This document shows, in pieces, positions 11,137-23,885 of a stretch of DNA of 64,000 nt. The stretch spans positions 116,810,001 through 116,874,000 of the forward strand of contig CM059431.1 of assembly GCA_030390025.1 (NCBI GenBank). Reading direction: 5' to 3'. The stretch's first letter is position 1. Every line of letters starts with the position of its first letter. The position numbers and the translations under genes are program-made. The notes below the pieces were generated by a model. The model did no database searches. It was not told the DNA's origin and saw nothing but the letters and a program-made list of their open reading frames with translations. This DNA is from Squalus acanthias. Its lineage: Eukaryota.

Positions 11137-13621
11137 AAAAAACGTTTAAAAAACTTACCTGCAGGCTTCTTCTGTGACCTCCAGCGGTCCCTTTAAGGAC
11201 CACTGGTTCGGCCACTGTAGAGTCTTAAAAAGTAGTCGGAGCTGTGCAGCTCATTTCAGACGCCATGGCTTCCTAAAAAAAAGGCCCTGCCGAATTTAGC
11301 AGTGGCCCAAGGGCATTCGCAAATCAGGCGCGTCCCTTCCCGCTGTTAACTTTGTCTTCTTGAAATTAAGCCCCATTATTCCTTAATTTGATAGAGTTCA
11401 GGCAATTACATTTCAGTTATCTATTAGTTATTGACTAAAAAGCCCATGCTTATATTTCTAGTAGAGATTACTACAGTTAAAGGCCACTTAGAATTGAGTC
11501 ATGGTCCAGTTATTTGATAATGTAATCAAAACATGAACTGAGGTTAGATTATTGACCAAATACATTGGTAAAATATCACAACAATATAGTGCAAGGTTTG
11601 GATTATAAAGAGGAAGTCCTTATACATCAGGCATTGTTGTTACATCAACATCCATCTTCTTATATCAACATCAAGTTTTTCTAAGCTATCTTCCTCAATG
11701 ACCAGTAAGGCAGTGATTACACATCTATGTATGCAACAAATCACTACATTTGGTAAAAACAGAAAGAAGACAGGAAGGACAGCAATTCAGGTCAATTGGA
11801 TTTTACATAACAGCACAGGGGGTGACAATGTTATTAAGAAAAGATGATGTCAGAATTATCAACAATTTGTAAATCAGGCAAAATCTTAAAAGTTCCTTAA
11901 TTATTGAAACTCCTTCCTCTGCGTGCAATCACCAACTTTAATACAGGGTTTTTCCATCAATTGTGGCCCTGCATCTACTCCGTCTGAAATAGTTCTGTTA
12001 ACGGCTGCCAGTCATAGAGGAGGTAGTACCTTTCCTCCCCCTCACTTTCTCTAATATTTTTATTTGAACTGTAAAACTTTATTTCTAAATATAAAACATG
12101 GGTGGTAGAGGACACGCTTTGACCACTGGGCAGAAAAAGTGGTGGTAGAGGATCGGCCACCCGCCCGCCATACTCGCTTTCCTTCGACTTCAGTGGGCTG
12201 GGGTGTAAAACGGGCGGCCGATTCACCTCTTTTCCGCCCAGCGGTAAAGTGAAAGTTCACCCTGTTGTCACAATTCAAGTCAGTCAACAGCATCGCTTAG
12301 TCAGTTGAATGTTTATACCGTGTATTTTTATTTGCATGTTGGAAGGGCTACCGTGGTAAATTAAGTGTAGCTGAATGCAATGCAGCTTTTATTAAACTTT
12401 ATCAGCCTCAGTAGCTCAGGATAATTACCCTGATCCTGTCAGCCAGCTAACATTGCATTTATCTACCAGGCAATTACTTGTTTTTACCAATGAGAAACAA
12501 AGCACTGGAAGAAAGCAGTGGTCTACGAATGGCTGGAAATATTTGTTCCCTGCACTGTCAGTCATTTTAACATGTGCACTTCTATTTTAAGTTTGTGGGT
12601 CGTTTTTGAGACCCAAGCTGGTGCTGGGAATGACTCGTGAAGGCTTAAAGGAACACAGTCTACTTGAAAAAGTATCTGGCAAAGCTTTTGATTTGACTAC
12701 AGGCTCAAGATCAGAAGTCATAAATTACATCTAAGTACATCATCCTGTAAGTTGTGTGCGATACCACTGTGACAAAAGTGATGCACCAGCCTGCAGGCTT
12801 CTCTCATTTTACAAGCAAAAGAAAGCTCGGCAGAAGCATTTAATGAAAATAGTGTCCCTTAAGCTTATTTTGCTGTGGTTTTACCAGCACATGGGAAATA
12901 GTGTCAACTGCCATGAAAAGTGAGCAATGAGATTGTCATAGCAATATGGAGGAGTTGGTTATGAAGTAAATTTGTCATAAAACAGGTTTTATGATCAGAC
13001 GAGCGTTACCGACATAAATAATGCAGAGGAAGGAGTTTCAATAATTAAGGAACTTTTAAGATTTTGCCTGATGTAATTGTTGCATTTCCTTGCAGTGCTG
13101 CTATGGAAACGCCCCCCTTCAAATGGCAGGGAAAAAGCTGGCGCTGCAAAATTCGGCACCTTAGCGCCAGTAGTTATGACCTCAAAAAGGCATCAGCCTC
13201 GCTTCGGCCCACTTCCGGTACGGCCCGCGCTGTTCGCCACCTTGGTGAGGGCGACAGCGGAGGCGGTATGTGCGTGCGCCGGCAGTATGCAGAGTAGGCT
13301 GACCGTGATGTCAGTCAGCGTGTAATGCTGATTGGACACACGATCTGCCATCTTCAATGTTGTAGCTCCATTCAATGCCCTCTCCTAAACACACACAGTT
13401 CAGTTGCACGAGGGCCCCTCACCAGCGCTACTTAAAGCCATGCATTCAACTTGCACATCAGTTAATTATTGCTTTTGTAGTGGCTCTTGCAGAGTTTGCA
13501 TGAGTAGTGGGTTGCTGTAAGAGATTTAAAGTTTGTTAAAGTGTGCAGGGTGTGCTGCTGGATGTTGCGAAGGCGTTGGTTGCTATTGGAAGTCCTCTGA
13601 GTACATCACTTGCTCCCAATC

Positions 13622-14732
13622 ATGGAGGCTCTGGTTGCAGTTCCCCCTCGTGCTGCAGCAGGACAGGGAGATGGAGCAGAGGGAGCAAAGAAGATAAGCT
13701 GCTCGCAGAAGGAGGAGGAGGAGGGGAAGGAGGTCTTATGCACCTAGGGACTTCAGGGAGCACTTCTCCTACCTGCACCTATACCAGGAGCAGTGTATTA
13801 GAAGGCTCCGCTTCACCAAGGAGGTGGTCACCGAAATCTGCCACCTCTTGGAACCTGTCCTACAGCCTCAGAGCAGGGCGATGACGGTTTTGCCAGTGCC
13901 CTGAATTTTTTCGTGGATCCTTCCAGACTGGAACAGGCGACATAGCCAACATCTCGCAGTTCGGCAACAATCGCTGCATCCGGGAGATCACAGAGGCTCT
14001 GTACGCTAGGAGAGGGGACTTCATTGTCTTTTCTATAAACAGAGAAATGCAGGAGGAGTGCGCACATGGCTTTGCCAGAATATCAGGCTTCCCCATGGCA
14101 CAGGGCACATCGAATGCACACACGTGGCTTTTCAGGCACCACATCTCAATGGTGAGATGTTCCGTAACCACAAAGGGTACCACTGACTTAATGTGCAGTT
14201 GGTGTGCGACCATGACCAGCACTATCCTGGCAGCAGTCATAATGCCTTCATTCTGCGCGAATCCGCTGTGCCAGCAATCTTCCAGCCACCATGTCAACCC
14301 TGAAGGTGGCTTCTAGGCAACAAGGGCTATCCACTCTACACCTGGCTGATGACATCCCTCCGCAACCCTACCACTCATGGCCAGCACTCATATAATGAGA
14401 GCCATGCTGCCATGAGGGAAGTCATCGAGCAGACCATCGGGGTGCTCAAGCAGCTGTTCCGCTGCCTTGACCGTTCGGGAGGTACCTGCCAGTACTCGCT
14501 GGAGCGGGTGTCCCTATTCATGGTAGTCTGCTGCATCCTCCACAACTTGGCCATCAAGAAGGCCCAGCCCTTGCCACCATGAGTTCCGCAACCACCTCAG
14601 GAGGAGGAGGACGAGGAAGAGGAGGAGGGAGAGGAAGATGAGGAGGAGGAGGAGGAAGGGAGGAGGCAGCCTGCAAATCCATGTTCCGGATGGGCTGTCC
14701 ATGAATGCATCATCAGACTCCACTTCCGCTGA
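13622..14732 (+). pseudogene. Harbinger (HARBI1-like) DDE transposase pseudogene
   Basis: Pieces [56 protein letters not shown] and an acidic tail; frameshifts and stops. Confidence 0.92.
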
Positions 14733-14879
14733 ATGAAATCCCAGATCCCCGTTTCTCAACACCTTACCATCCCTCTGTCATGGAACATCATGCGTCCTCT
14801 TGGCCAGAATACTGAAATGAAAGCCACCACAAAACAAACATTCCAAACCTAATTTATAAATGATTCAATCCAATACTAA

Positions 14880-16398
14880 ATAACAAAGTCAACAAATCAC
14901 CCTTGTGCATTTCCTTAGTACCTGTCTTCCGTGTGCCTTTGCCTGTCCTAGTGCTCCTACGAGGTGCTACCCCAGTGACTGCAGCATGGCTGGTGGAAGG
15001 CTGCTGACTTTCAGCGGGGGAGACTGCGGATGGCCTTGGAGGATGACCTCGAGTAGCTCTGGGCCTAGAAGGCCCGGCTTCAGACTGCACCACCTCAGCA
15101 TGGGCAGCAGCGTTCTGGGCTGGCTGACTGACAGGCAACAGCAAGGGCACTGGCGGAGTGGCAATATGAATGCTGTTATCCTGAGAGAGGACAGCAGGTT
15201 TGTGCTCCATGGAGCCATTGGCACTCCCCCGGGGTGGCGCCTAAGCATTCCTCGCCATCTGTTGGAGGACAGATTGCTGGACTGCTGTGACACCCTGCAA
15301 GCTACTTTCCACACTGGTAAATGCAGCCACGATGGCAGCAGTCTGAGCTTGCGTGGCAGAAGCCTGAGCTTCCACTGCAGCACTCAGACGTTGGGTCTCT
15401 TCCACTGGTGCTGCAATGGAAGCTGAGGCATCGCCCATCAGACCCTGGATTGGGTCCTCAAGTGCTCCAATTGAGTTGCCCATCACTTCCGTCCTGGAAG
15501 TCATGGGCTCCAAACTCTGTGCAAAGCCCTCTGCAAGGTTGGAGCCGAACTCCTCCATGTTCCTTGACAGTGACAACAGGCTCTCTGGCAGGCCTGCTAA
15601 TGCACCAGGCATTTCTGTGTGCATGCCCATCACCCTTCTTCTGAAGGCCGCCCCATCGAAGTCCTCATCTGAGTCCTCTGCAGCAGAACCCGTGTGTGAC
15701 CTCGCCCTCTGGGGAGCTGGCACCTGCGCTACCCTTTCTACCTGCCCTGGCTGCAGGCTAGTCATGCCCGGTGATGCACGATTAGCAGATCCCGCCTCTA
15801 TGTGACCCTCTAAAGTACGCGCAGTGCCCATTTCTGAGCTGGTGCCTGTGAGTGTCAGATCGAATGATGGTGTCTCTTCTTCTCCATCACTCTCCTCTTG
15901 TTCTTCCTGCACTGACCGGAAGCTTGAGGTTGTTGGGTATCTGAAAGGAGAAAGGCACAAGGGTAGGGTTGTGTTGAGGGGAGGGGGGAAAGCAAGCTGT
16001 GTATGCTTACACCATCAGCAGCTTGTAAGTGAGAAGAGATTGTGGGATGAGGGGGAAGTGGGATGTGAGAAGGAGGATTAGGTATGAGCATACCGTCGTC
16101 ATCAATGGTTTCGGCCTCACCGATCGCCACAGCCTCAGTGACGGCCCCTCCAATAATGTCGAGAATGGTCTCCTCCAGCTGGGTCAGGATATGCTGCCAT
16201 GCCTGTCCTCCGCCATTAGCTGCTGCTGGCAGTGCCCGCTTCAGTTACCTGCTCCCACTGCCTTCTTACAGTGAGTTTGGAGGGCCTCCTGGCACCCTGC
16301 GGGTAGAGGAGCTGTCTCCTCCGTTCAACCCCTTGCACTAAGGCATCCAGTGCTGCGTCTGAGAACCTAGGTGCCCTTTCTCTACCCTGTTGAGCCAT
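14880..16398 (-). pseudogene. Harbinger Myb/SANT-like accessory protein pseudogene (spliced)
   Basis: MAQQGRERAPRFSDAALDALV..W motif; GT-AG intron 16093-15941; long low-complexity coiled-coil last exon (ORF 15241-15960). Confidence 0.85.
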
Positions 16399-17558
16399 TA
16401 CTACCTTACAGTTGCCTTGACAACAATTACAATGTGGTGTTGAATTCCGAAAGCTCTCCCCTTTAAGAGGATACTGCATTTAAAACTGGAGGCTAGCTTT
16501 AAATACAGCTCACCTGCCCTGAACTCGGGCCCCCGGCTGAGCGCTCAGCCACTCAGCAGCACTCTCAGCGCTGGGCTGAACGCATGAATCATGTTAATTA
16601 GCAGGCAGCACGAATGTCGCGTGCTGCCTGCACTCCATTCAACGGCCCTGGGCAGTTTGCGCATCGTGATCCCCACGCCCGTTTCCAGGCCTACCCCAAT
16701 TTTCAGCCCTGGGTGTGTAAGACTAGTTCTTGCATTGCCCCAGATATCTTTTCCTTCTGGTGGCCCTGGCGGCCTAGTGACAGCAGCTAGCAAAAGATGT
16801 TCTCAAAGTTTGGAAATTTTGAGAGCCCGCTAGATGATAGAGAAGTTCAGAATATCAGGCGAGGAGGGCAGTTTTCCTGATTTGTGGTGTTCCTCATTTC
16901 ACAGTCAATGATTTTAATGGCTCGGTGTGGAGATTCACAATTCAGGCTATAGCTTATATAGGAATAGGAGGAGGCCATTCAGCCCCTTGCACCTGTTTCG
17001 CCATTCAGTTAGATCATGGCTGATCTGTATCTTAGCTCCATCTACCCATCTTGGTTCCGTAACCTTTACTACCCTTGCCTAATAAAAATCTATCAATCTC
17101 AGTTTTGAAATTTTCAATTGACCCAGCCTCAACAGTTTTTTGGGGGAGAGAGTTCCAGATTTCCGCTATGCTTTTAGTGAAGACGTGCTTTCTGACTTAA
17201 CCCTGAACGCATAGCTCTAATTTTAAGGTTACACCCCCATGTTGGTCCAACCGTGGCTAACAAGAGAAATTAGAGATAGTATTAGATTAAAGGAAGAGGC
17301 TTATAATTTTGCCAAAAAGAGTAGTAAGCCTGAGGATTGGGAGGATTTTAGAATTCAGAAAAGGAGGAACTAATAAAGAAAGGGAAAATAGAATATGAGA
17401 GTAAACTAGCGAGAGCCATAAAAACAGATTGTAAAAGTTTCTATAGGTATGTAAAAAGGAAAAGATTAGTGAAAGTAAACATGGGTCACTTACAGGCCGA
17501 GACAGGAGAAATTATAATGGGAAATAAGGAAATGGCAGTGAAATTAAACAAATAATTT

Positions 17559-19263
17559 GGCCTGCGATTTTATTAATGGAGGCGGGTTGAGGGCGGGTCC
17601 ACTGCTCGGAGTCTTTCCGACCCGCTCCCGGCTGCCGCCTCCCAGCAGTTACTATTTTACCTTGATTGGCCTCGTTATGGCCGACGTGCAGGTCCATCCA
17701 GGCAATTGCTTGGAAGCTGTCAGTTTCTCGACTCTGACGATGCGTTGTTGGGATGAAAATTTAAAGGGGCCATGTCCCCTTTGGGAAAAATGTCAATGGG
17801 ATGGATTGGTGCTGTATTATATAGAAAGGGGAGTTGACAGCGTCTGTTCTGATCAAAAGTTAATGAATTAAATTGCTGGTAATATTATTCCAGATTGATT
17901 TGTATGATTTTTTTATATATCAATTTATTATCTGACTATGAAATGAAAAAGATGCCAGATTTCTTCCAATCATTGGCTTAGTAATATTAATGCTTTTTTC
18001 TCTTAAAGGTGCTGGCTGCTGCAGGAACAGCAGCCCCAATAACTAAGGCTGCACCCAGGTTCAATGAGGGCTCTCTCCGTGCTCTTGTTGAGGGAGTTAG
18101 AGGATGTCAGGAGCTCCTCTTCCCTGGAAACGGAAGGAGGAGGCCTCCTCAGCAAACCACGGGAGCTTGGCTGCAAATTGCTGAAGAGGTGAGCTCGAGG
18201 TCTGTGTGCAGATGCACATGGGTTGAGTGTGGAAAAAGGTTTAATGATCTGCTGAGATCACCTAAAGTGTGGCCTCTGTGTTCTGGGAAATGGAAGTTCA
18301 AGACTGAGGGCTCAGGGTGATTTCCATGTTGGTGATGACACTGAGTGCAAACCACCGTTTATTGGACAGATGATGCCTGGGGTTTTGAGAATGTCAGACT
18401 TATATTCATCTCCATGTGCCAGCCACCTGTGGTTGAAGCGTTAGATTACGCAAATCTGGCATGGATGAGTGCATCCCTTGCCTGACGGCCAGCAATGTGA
18501 TCGCATGCTGCTGGATTGGCCACATCCGGCCCCACAAGGCATCAATCCCCGTCCTCCTCCTCATCCTCTTCCTCGTCCTCTTCATCTTCCTCTTCCTCAT
18601 CCTCTTCATCTTCCTCCAAGGAGGCTGTGTGCTGAGCCACTTGTTCATCCGGCAGCACTAAGCTGCACTGCTCTTCCTCTGAATCTGACGACCAGGATGA
18701 GAGGATGTAAACAGTTCCCATCCTGTTGTTATAGATTTCAGTTGAGGCAAGAAGCTTGCCAGCGCACACTCAAAGTGGCCTGAAATTATTCCAATCAGTT
18801 CAAACAGCAGATGTGTGTCAGCTTGACCAGTCACAAGGTCAGTAGATTTGCAAAATCTTATTCCAAACCTCCAACAACAGAGTTGTTTCATTTGACTGCC
18901 AGCCATGTTACAGGAGCGCTTTTATAGTTCTGCACCAATAATGACTACAGATCATGTCCTCCACCAACTCGTCTCCTTGCAGCAGGATTGTTTCTGACAC
19001 GACGGGAAACAGGAGCCAGAGCCACGAAAAAGGGAAACCTCTAGCAAAATAGGATTATCGAGGCAGTTAACAGGCTCTTAACTGCCTTAACTACCTGTCC
19101 CACCGGTTGGAGTTGGGTCAGTTTGGGAGCAGCTGAACAGACACTCATGAAAATCGCGTGGGGGCGGGATGGAGACGGGTTGGGTGTCTGAAGCCATTTT
19201 TTCAGATTTTACCAGCTGACACGCCTCCAAATCCGCCTCCTCAGGGCTGATAAAATCGAGCCC
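17559..19263. mobile_element. Internally deleted Harbinger element
   Basis: Right TIR ATAAAATCGAGCCC, degenerate left TIR; Myb exon 18009-18266 (APRFNEGSLRALVEG..W..W..RFNDL); transposase remnant 18446-18721 (-). Confidence 0.88.
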
Positions 19264-20819
19264 TGAGTGACTGTCTTCATGGAAGAAGACGCAAAAAACC
19301 TCCCGGAAATAGTGGAGAACCAAGAGTCTAGTGAGAATGAGGAACTGAAAGATATTAGTTTTAGTAAAAGAAAATAGCACTGGAGAAATTAATGGGACTG
19401 AAAGCCAATAAATCCCCTGGACCTGATGGCCTACATCCTTGGATTATGAAAGAGGTGGCTATCGAGATAGTGGATGCATTGGTTGTAATTTTCCAAAATT
19501 CCATAGATTCTAGAATGGTTCCCATGGGATTGGAAGGTAGCAAATGTAACCTCACTATTTAAGAAAGGATGGCGAGAGAAAACGAGGAACTACAGACCAG
19601 TTAGCTTGACATCAGTAGCAGGGAAAATGCTAGAATTTATTATTAAGGATGTGGTAACAGGGCACTTAGAAAATAATAATAGGATTGGGAAGAGTCAACA
19701 TGGATTTATGAAAGGGAAATTAGATTTGACGAATCTGTTAGAGTTTTTGAGGTTGTAACTAGCAGAATAGATAAGGGGGAACCAGTGGATGTGGCGTATT
19801 TAGATTTCAGGAGGCATTCGATAAGGTGCCACACAAGAGGTTATTAAACAAAATTAGGGGTCATGGGATTGGGGGTAATATACTAGCATGGATTGAGGAT
19901 TGGTCAATGGACAGAAAACAGAGAGTAGGAATAAATGGGTCATTTTCGGGTTGGCAGTCTGTAACTAGTGGGGTACCACAAGGATCAGTGCTTGGGCCTC
20001 AGCTATTCACAATCTACATCAATGATTTGGATGAGGGGACCAAATGTAATATATCCAAGTTTGCTGATGATAGATGGGAATGTAAGTTGTGAGGAGGATG
20101 CAAAGAGGCTTCATGGGGATATAGAGAGGCTAACTGAGTGGGCAAGAACATAGCAAATGGAATATAATGTGGAGAAATGTGAAGTTATCCACTTTGGTAG
20201 GAAAAATAGAAAAGCAGAGTATTTTTTAAATGGTGAGAGATTGGGAAATGTTAGGGTTCAGAGGGACCTGGGTGTCCTTGTACACGAATCACTGAAAGTT
20301 AACATGCAGGTACAGCAAGCAATTAGGAAAGCAAATGGTATTTTGCCTTATTACAAGAGGGTTTGAGTATAAGAGTAAAGACGTCTTACTGCAATTATAT
20401 AGGGCCTTGGGAGACCACACCTGAAGTATTGTGGACAGTTTTGGTCTCTTTACCTAAGGAAGGATATACTTGTCACAGAGGGAGTGCAACAAAGTTTCAC
20501 CAGACTGGTTCCTGGGATGGGGGGATTGTCCTATGAGGAGAGATTGAGTAGACTAGGCCTATATTCTCTAGAGTTTAGAAGAATGAGAGGTGATCTCATT
20601 GAAACATACAAAATTCTTACAGGGCTTGACAAGGTAGATGCAGGGAGGATGTTTCCCCTGGCTGGGGAGTCTAGAACCAGGGGTCACAGTCTCAGAATAA
20701 GTCGTCGGCCATTTAGGACTGAGATGAGTAGAAATTTCTTCATTCAGAGGGTGGTGAATCTTTGGAATTCAGTCGTTGAGTATATTCAAGGCAGGAATCG
20801 ATAGATTTTTGGATATTAA

Positions 20820-21557
20820 GGGGGAATGATTCATTATCGACCATTTTGGGGGCTCTAAGATCGCCTGGGCGTTAAAGTTAGCGCCTGGCATAAAATACCG
20901 CCGGCGATCGCTAAATTCAGTTTTAGCATCCCAAGAGGTAGGTGGAGCGCTAATTCAAGTGCTCTACTTCTGTCTTAGAGCGCTAACCCGGAATATTGGG
21001 GCGGAGCTTTGTGCAGTGCTACACTCTGGGCCACATAGTTGCTGCTGCATGGAAGGGCTCTTCCCCTCATTAAAGGGGAGGGCACAAGCCCACAACTCTG
21101 CAGGGCCCTACCTGGACCACCGGGGAGCGGGGTGCCGTGCCAGCAGCCCGGCACACAAGAGGAGCGCCGGGCTGCCAGATTGCGGCACTGACCTCGCGTT
21201 CAAAGAGGCAATGGGCCGCTACAAGTAAGTCTGCTGATTTTATTTTTTCCTGTCCACCACCTCCCCTTTAGTTAGCGCCCCGCGAGCCACCTCCCGCTCC
21301 GTTCCCACCCCCTGAATCGGTCACTGTCATCGCCCGGCTCAGATTCAGGGGGCGCGGGCCAATTTTGCAGGCATGGCAAAAATGGGGCACTGCGCACGGT
21401 GATGACGTGTCACTACCGGTTACTGCCGCCGCTAAACGAGTGCTGAATATAGCGGGAGTCGTTAATGGTGCCGCACCCGGCTGAAAAGTAATTTGCGCCC
21501 CGTTAGCACCCCCCGGGGTCGCTAATGAGAAGCTAAAATGCACCGAATTTCTAGCCC
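20820..21557. mobile_element. Harbinger-type MITE
   Basis: Ends GGGGGAATGATTC / GAATTTCTAGCCC with a perfect TAA TSD inside the CR1 3' end. Confidence 0.9.
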
Positions 21558-21842
21558 TAAGGGAATCAAGGGATATGGGGATAGTGCAAGAAAGTGGAGT
21601 TGAGGTAGAAGATCAGGCATGATTTTATTGAATGGCGGAGCAGGCTTGAGGGGCCGAGTGGCCTACTCCTGCTCCTATTTCTTATATTCTTATGTTCTGG
21701 ACTCTCCCACCAGAGGAATAAGTTTCTCTATCAAATACTTTAATCATCTTAAACACTTCAATTAGATCACCCCTTAATCTTATATCTTCAAGGGAATATA
21801 GCAGTGCTCCTCGCAGATAAACTGCAAAATTATATCTGTTCA

Positions 21843-22132
21843 ACATAAGAACATAAGAAATAGGAGCAGGAGTAGGCCATTCGCCCCCTTGAGCCTGCTC
21901 CGCCGTTTAATAAGATCATGGCTGATCTGATCTTGGCCTCAACTCCACTTTCCTGCCTGTTCCCCATAACCCTTGACTCCCTTGTAGCTCAAATATCTGT
22001 CTATGTCTGCCTTGAATATATTCAATGAATTAGCCTCCACAGCTCTCTGGGTTTGAGAATTCCAAAGATTCATGACCCTCTGAGAGAAGAAGTTCCTCCT
22101 CATCTCCATCTTAATTGGGCGACCCCTTATCT
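21843..22132 (-). mobile_element. CR1 3' fragment
   Basis: (ATAAGAAC)n tail and CR1 3'UTR. Confidence 0.9.
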
Positions 22133-23519
22133 CCAGCAGTGCCCCTGTGCAAAATTAGACTCCCCTAATATATTAGAGAACTGATGCACTGCACCATGAA
22201 GGAGCAGGACAATTTTCTCCACACTGCTGTCTGCTTTCTGTTAGGGACAGAGGGAGAATTGCAGAATCAATCGTCCCATGCTGTTCTTGTTCATCTTGTA
22301 GTGACACAACAACAGATCAGAGAGAAGTGTGGCAATTGGTCAGCTGGCCAAGCTTTCACTTGCGAAGTGATGTGGGATGAGGGGACCAAAGCATGCTTTG
22401 AACCTAAAAGGTAAGGCTTGTAAAAAGATACATACCCTGTACTTTACAGTTTGAAAATCAAGAATATGTTAAAATTAAGAGAGTGATGTTGAAAAAAAAA
22501 ATGTTTTGTTTAGAAATTGTAACATATTAATATTTCAGTGTTTATAAACAACGATGCTTTTAATTCATTACTGTTGGGTCTGCATGGCTTGGCATCAATC
22601 ATAGGTACAAATGTCTTGTAATGAAATCACTCCTTAAGTGTGGGACATTATTCTCCCATCACGGCGTAATGCCATCTACAATTTGATGAGCAGTGATCCA
22701 GATCTAATGAAACAGATGGTGAGACTCTTTATTCAAAATAATGGAATTTTTATTCAGTATAAATTCAAAATGCAATGTACTTAAATCACAACTTTATCCC
22801 CCTCTCCTCAGTTGTGTGAGCAGGCTGTAACTAAAGATTTAATCAGGCTGCCTCATTGTGTTCCGGTGCATAATGAGGGATATCAGAGTTGTGAAGATGC
22901 AATATCTGTACCAGATTCCTCAGGATGAGCGTAACATTGATGAGTCTTTGGATAGCGTATCTTATAGGTAAGGAACGAGGTTCAGTCCAGGTTCAACTAA
23001 TTGGTGTCTGAGGGAGAAACTTTAAACACAATGGGGCCGATTGTAACTTGGCCAAATTGATGTTAAGGAAGCAGTAACGGCCTCAAAATGGGGTCAATAG
23101 TCTTGATTCACACCCCTCCCCCCCGCGCCCCCCCCCCATTAATGTCAATGATCTAAGGGATATGCCCTTATAATATTTAAATCCTATGACATACATTGGA
23201 CCCCAATTGCCATTTTAGGATAGAACTGAGCAGAGCGTGCACCGTGCATTTCCGAACAGGTTTACCACCGGTGCAGCAGAAAAGGTAAGTTTTAAATTAT
23301 TCTTGTGGGGCCAGGATGGGCAGGAGTGTAGAACCTGGGCCTCGAAATGGCTCCAGCCTCTTCGCTCCCGGCACACACATTCACACACTAGGCCTTACTT
23401 CAACACTCTTAGCAAATTGATTGTGCATCGGAATACATACTTGCTGCATGCTAGGTCCAAGACGATACAGCATAATTGGTGTTTTTTCAACAAACAGTCC
23501 TAAATCTGGTTTTGTGAGT

Positions 23520-23885
23520 CAAGGTGCATTGGGTTAAGACACTTTTCTTTCTTTGGACTCTGGATTGAAACCGAGATCATTCTAATGGGATGAAAGTCTC
23601 TCGCTGCTGGCTTTAGCGCCCTAACTGAGCTTGGGAAAGCTCAATCTAGTCCTGAATGGCTTTATATCCACATCACCAGAATGTCACTAATTACAACGAC
23701 ATTAGCAATCTCACTCAGGCCACAAGTACGCCTTGTGTGGCGAATGGGAAACTGGTGTAATCTGGGTGGTGCACTTCTGAGGTGGGGACAGAATAGATAC
23801 AGCTTTATACTGCTGCTGGCTATGCTGTACCTGAATCTGGAGTACTTAATGCTGCCTGAAGTCAGAAAGAGTCCCATTCCTCAGC
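23520..23885 (+). mobile_element. Ancient LF-SINE-like element
   Basis: Ordered short blocks resembling the LF-SINE consensus as I recall it (gaaagtc, ctggct, tccacatcac, cactaatt, gcaatctca, ctgctgctggctatgctgtacctg); not aligned computationally. Confidence 0.5.

Larger units (their letters stand above)
13100..16709. mobile_element. Degenerate autonomous-type Harbinger DNA transposon
   Basis: Convergent transposase (+) and Myb/SANT (-) pseudogenes; right TIR AATTTTCAGCCC ends at 16709; left TIR not found, so start is approximate. Confidence 0.88.
17243..21697 (+). mobile_element. 5'-truncated CR1 LINE with two nested Harbinger-type insertions
   Basis: ORF2 pieces ([26 protein letters not shown]); 3' tail ttcttatgttct. 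Confidence 0.95.
16955..21800 (-). mobile_element. CR1 3' fragment (16955-17242 and ~21697-21800) split by an oppositely oriented CR1
   Basis: The minus-strand CR1 3' sequence stops at ..cccccatgtt and resumes at ctggactctccc ~21697. Confidence 0.7.
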
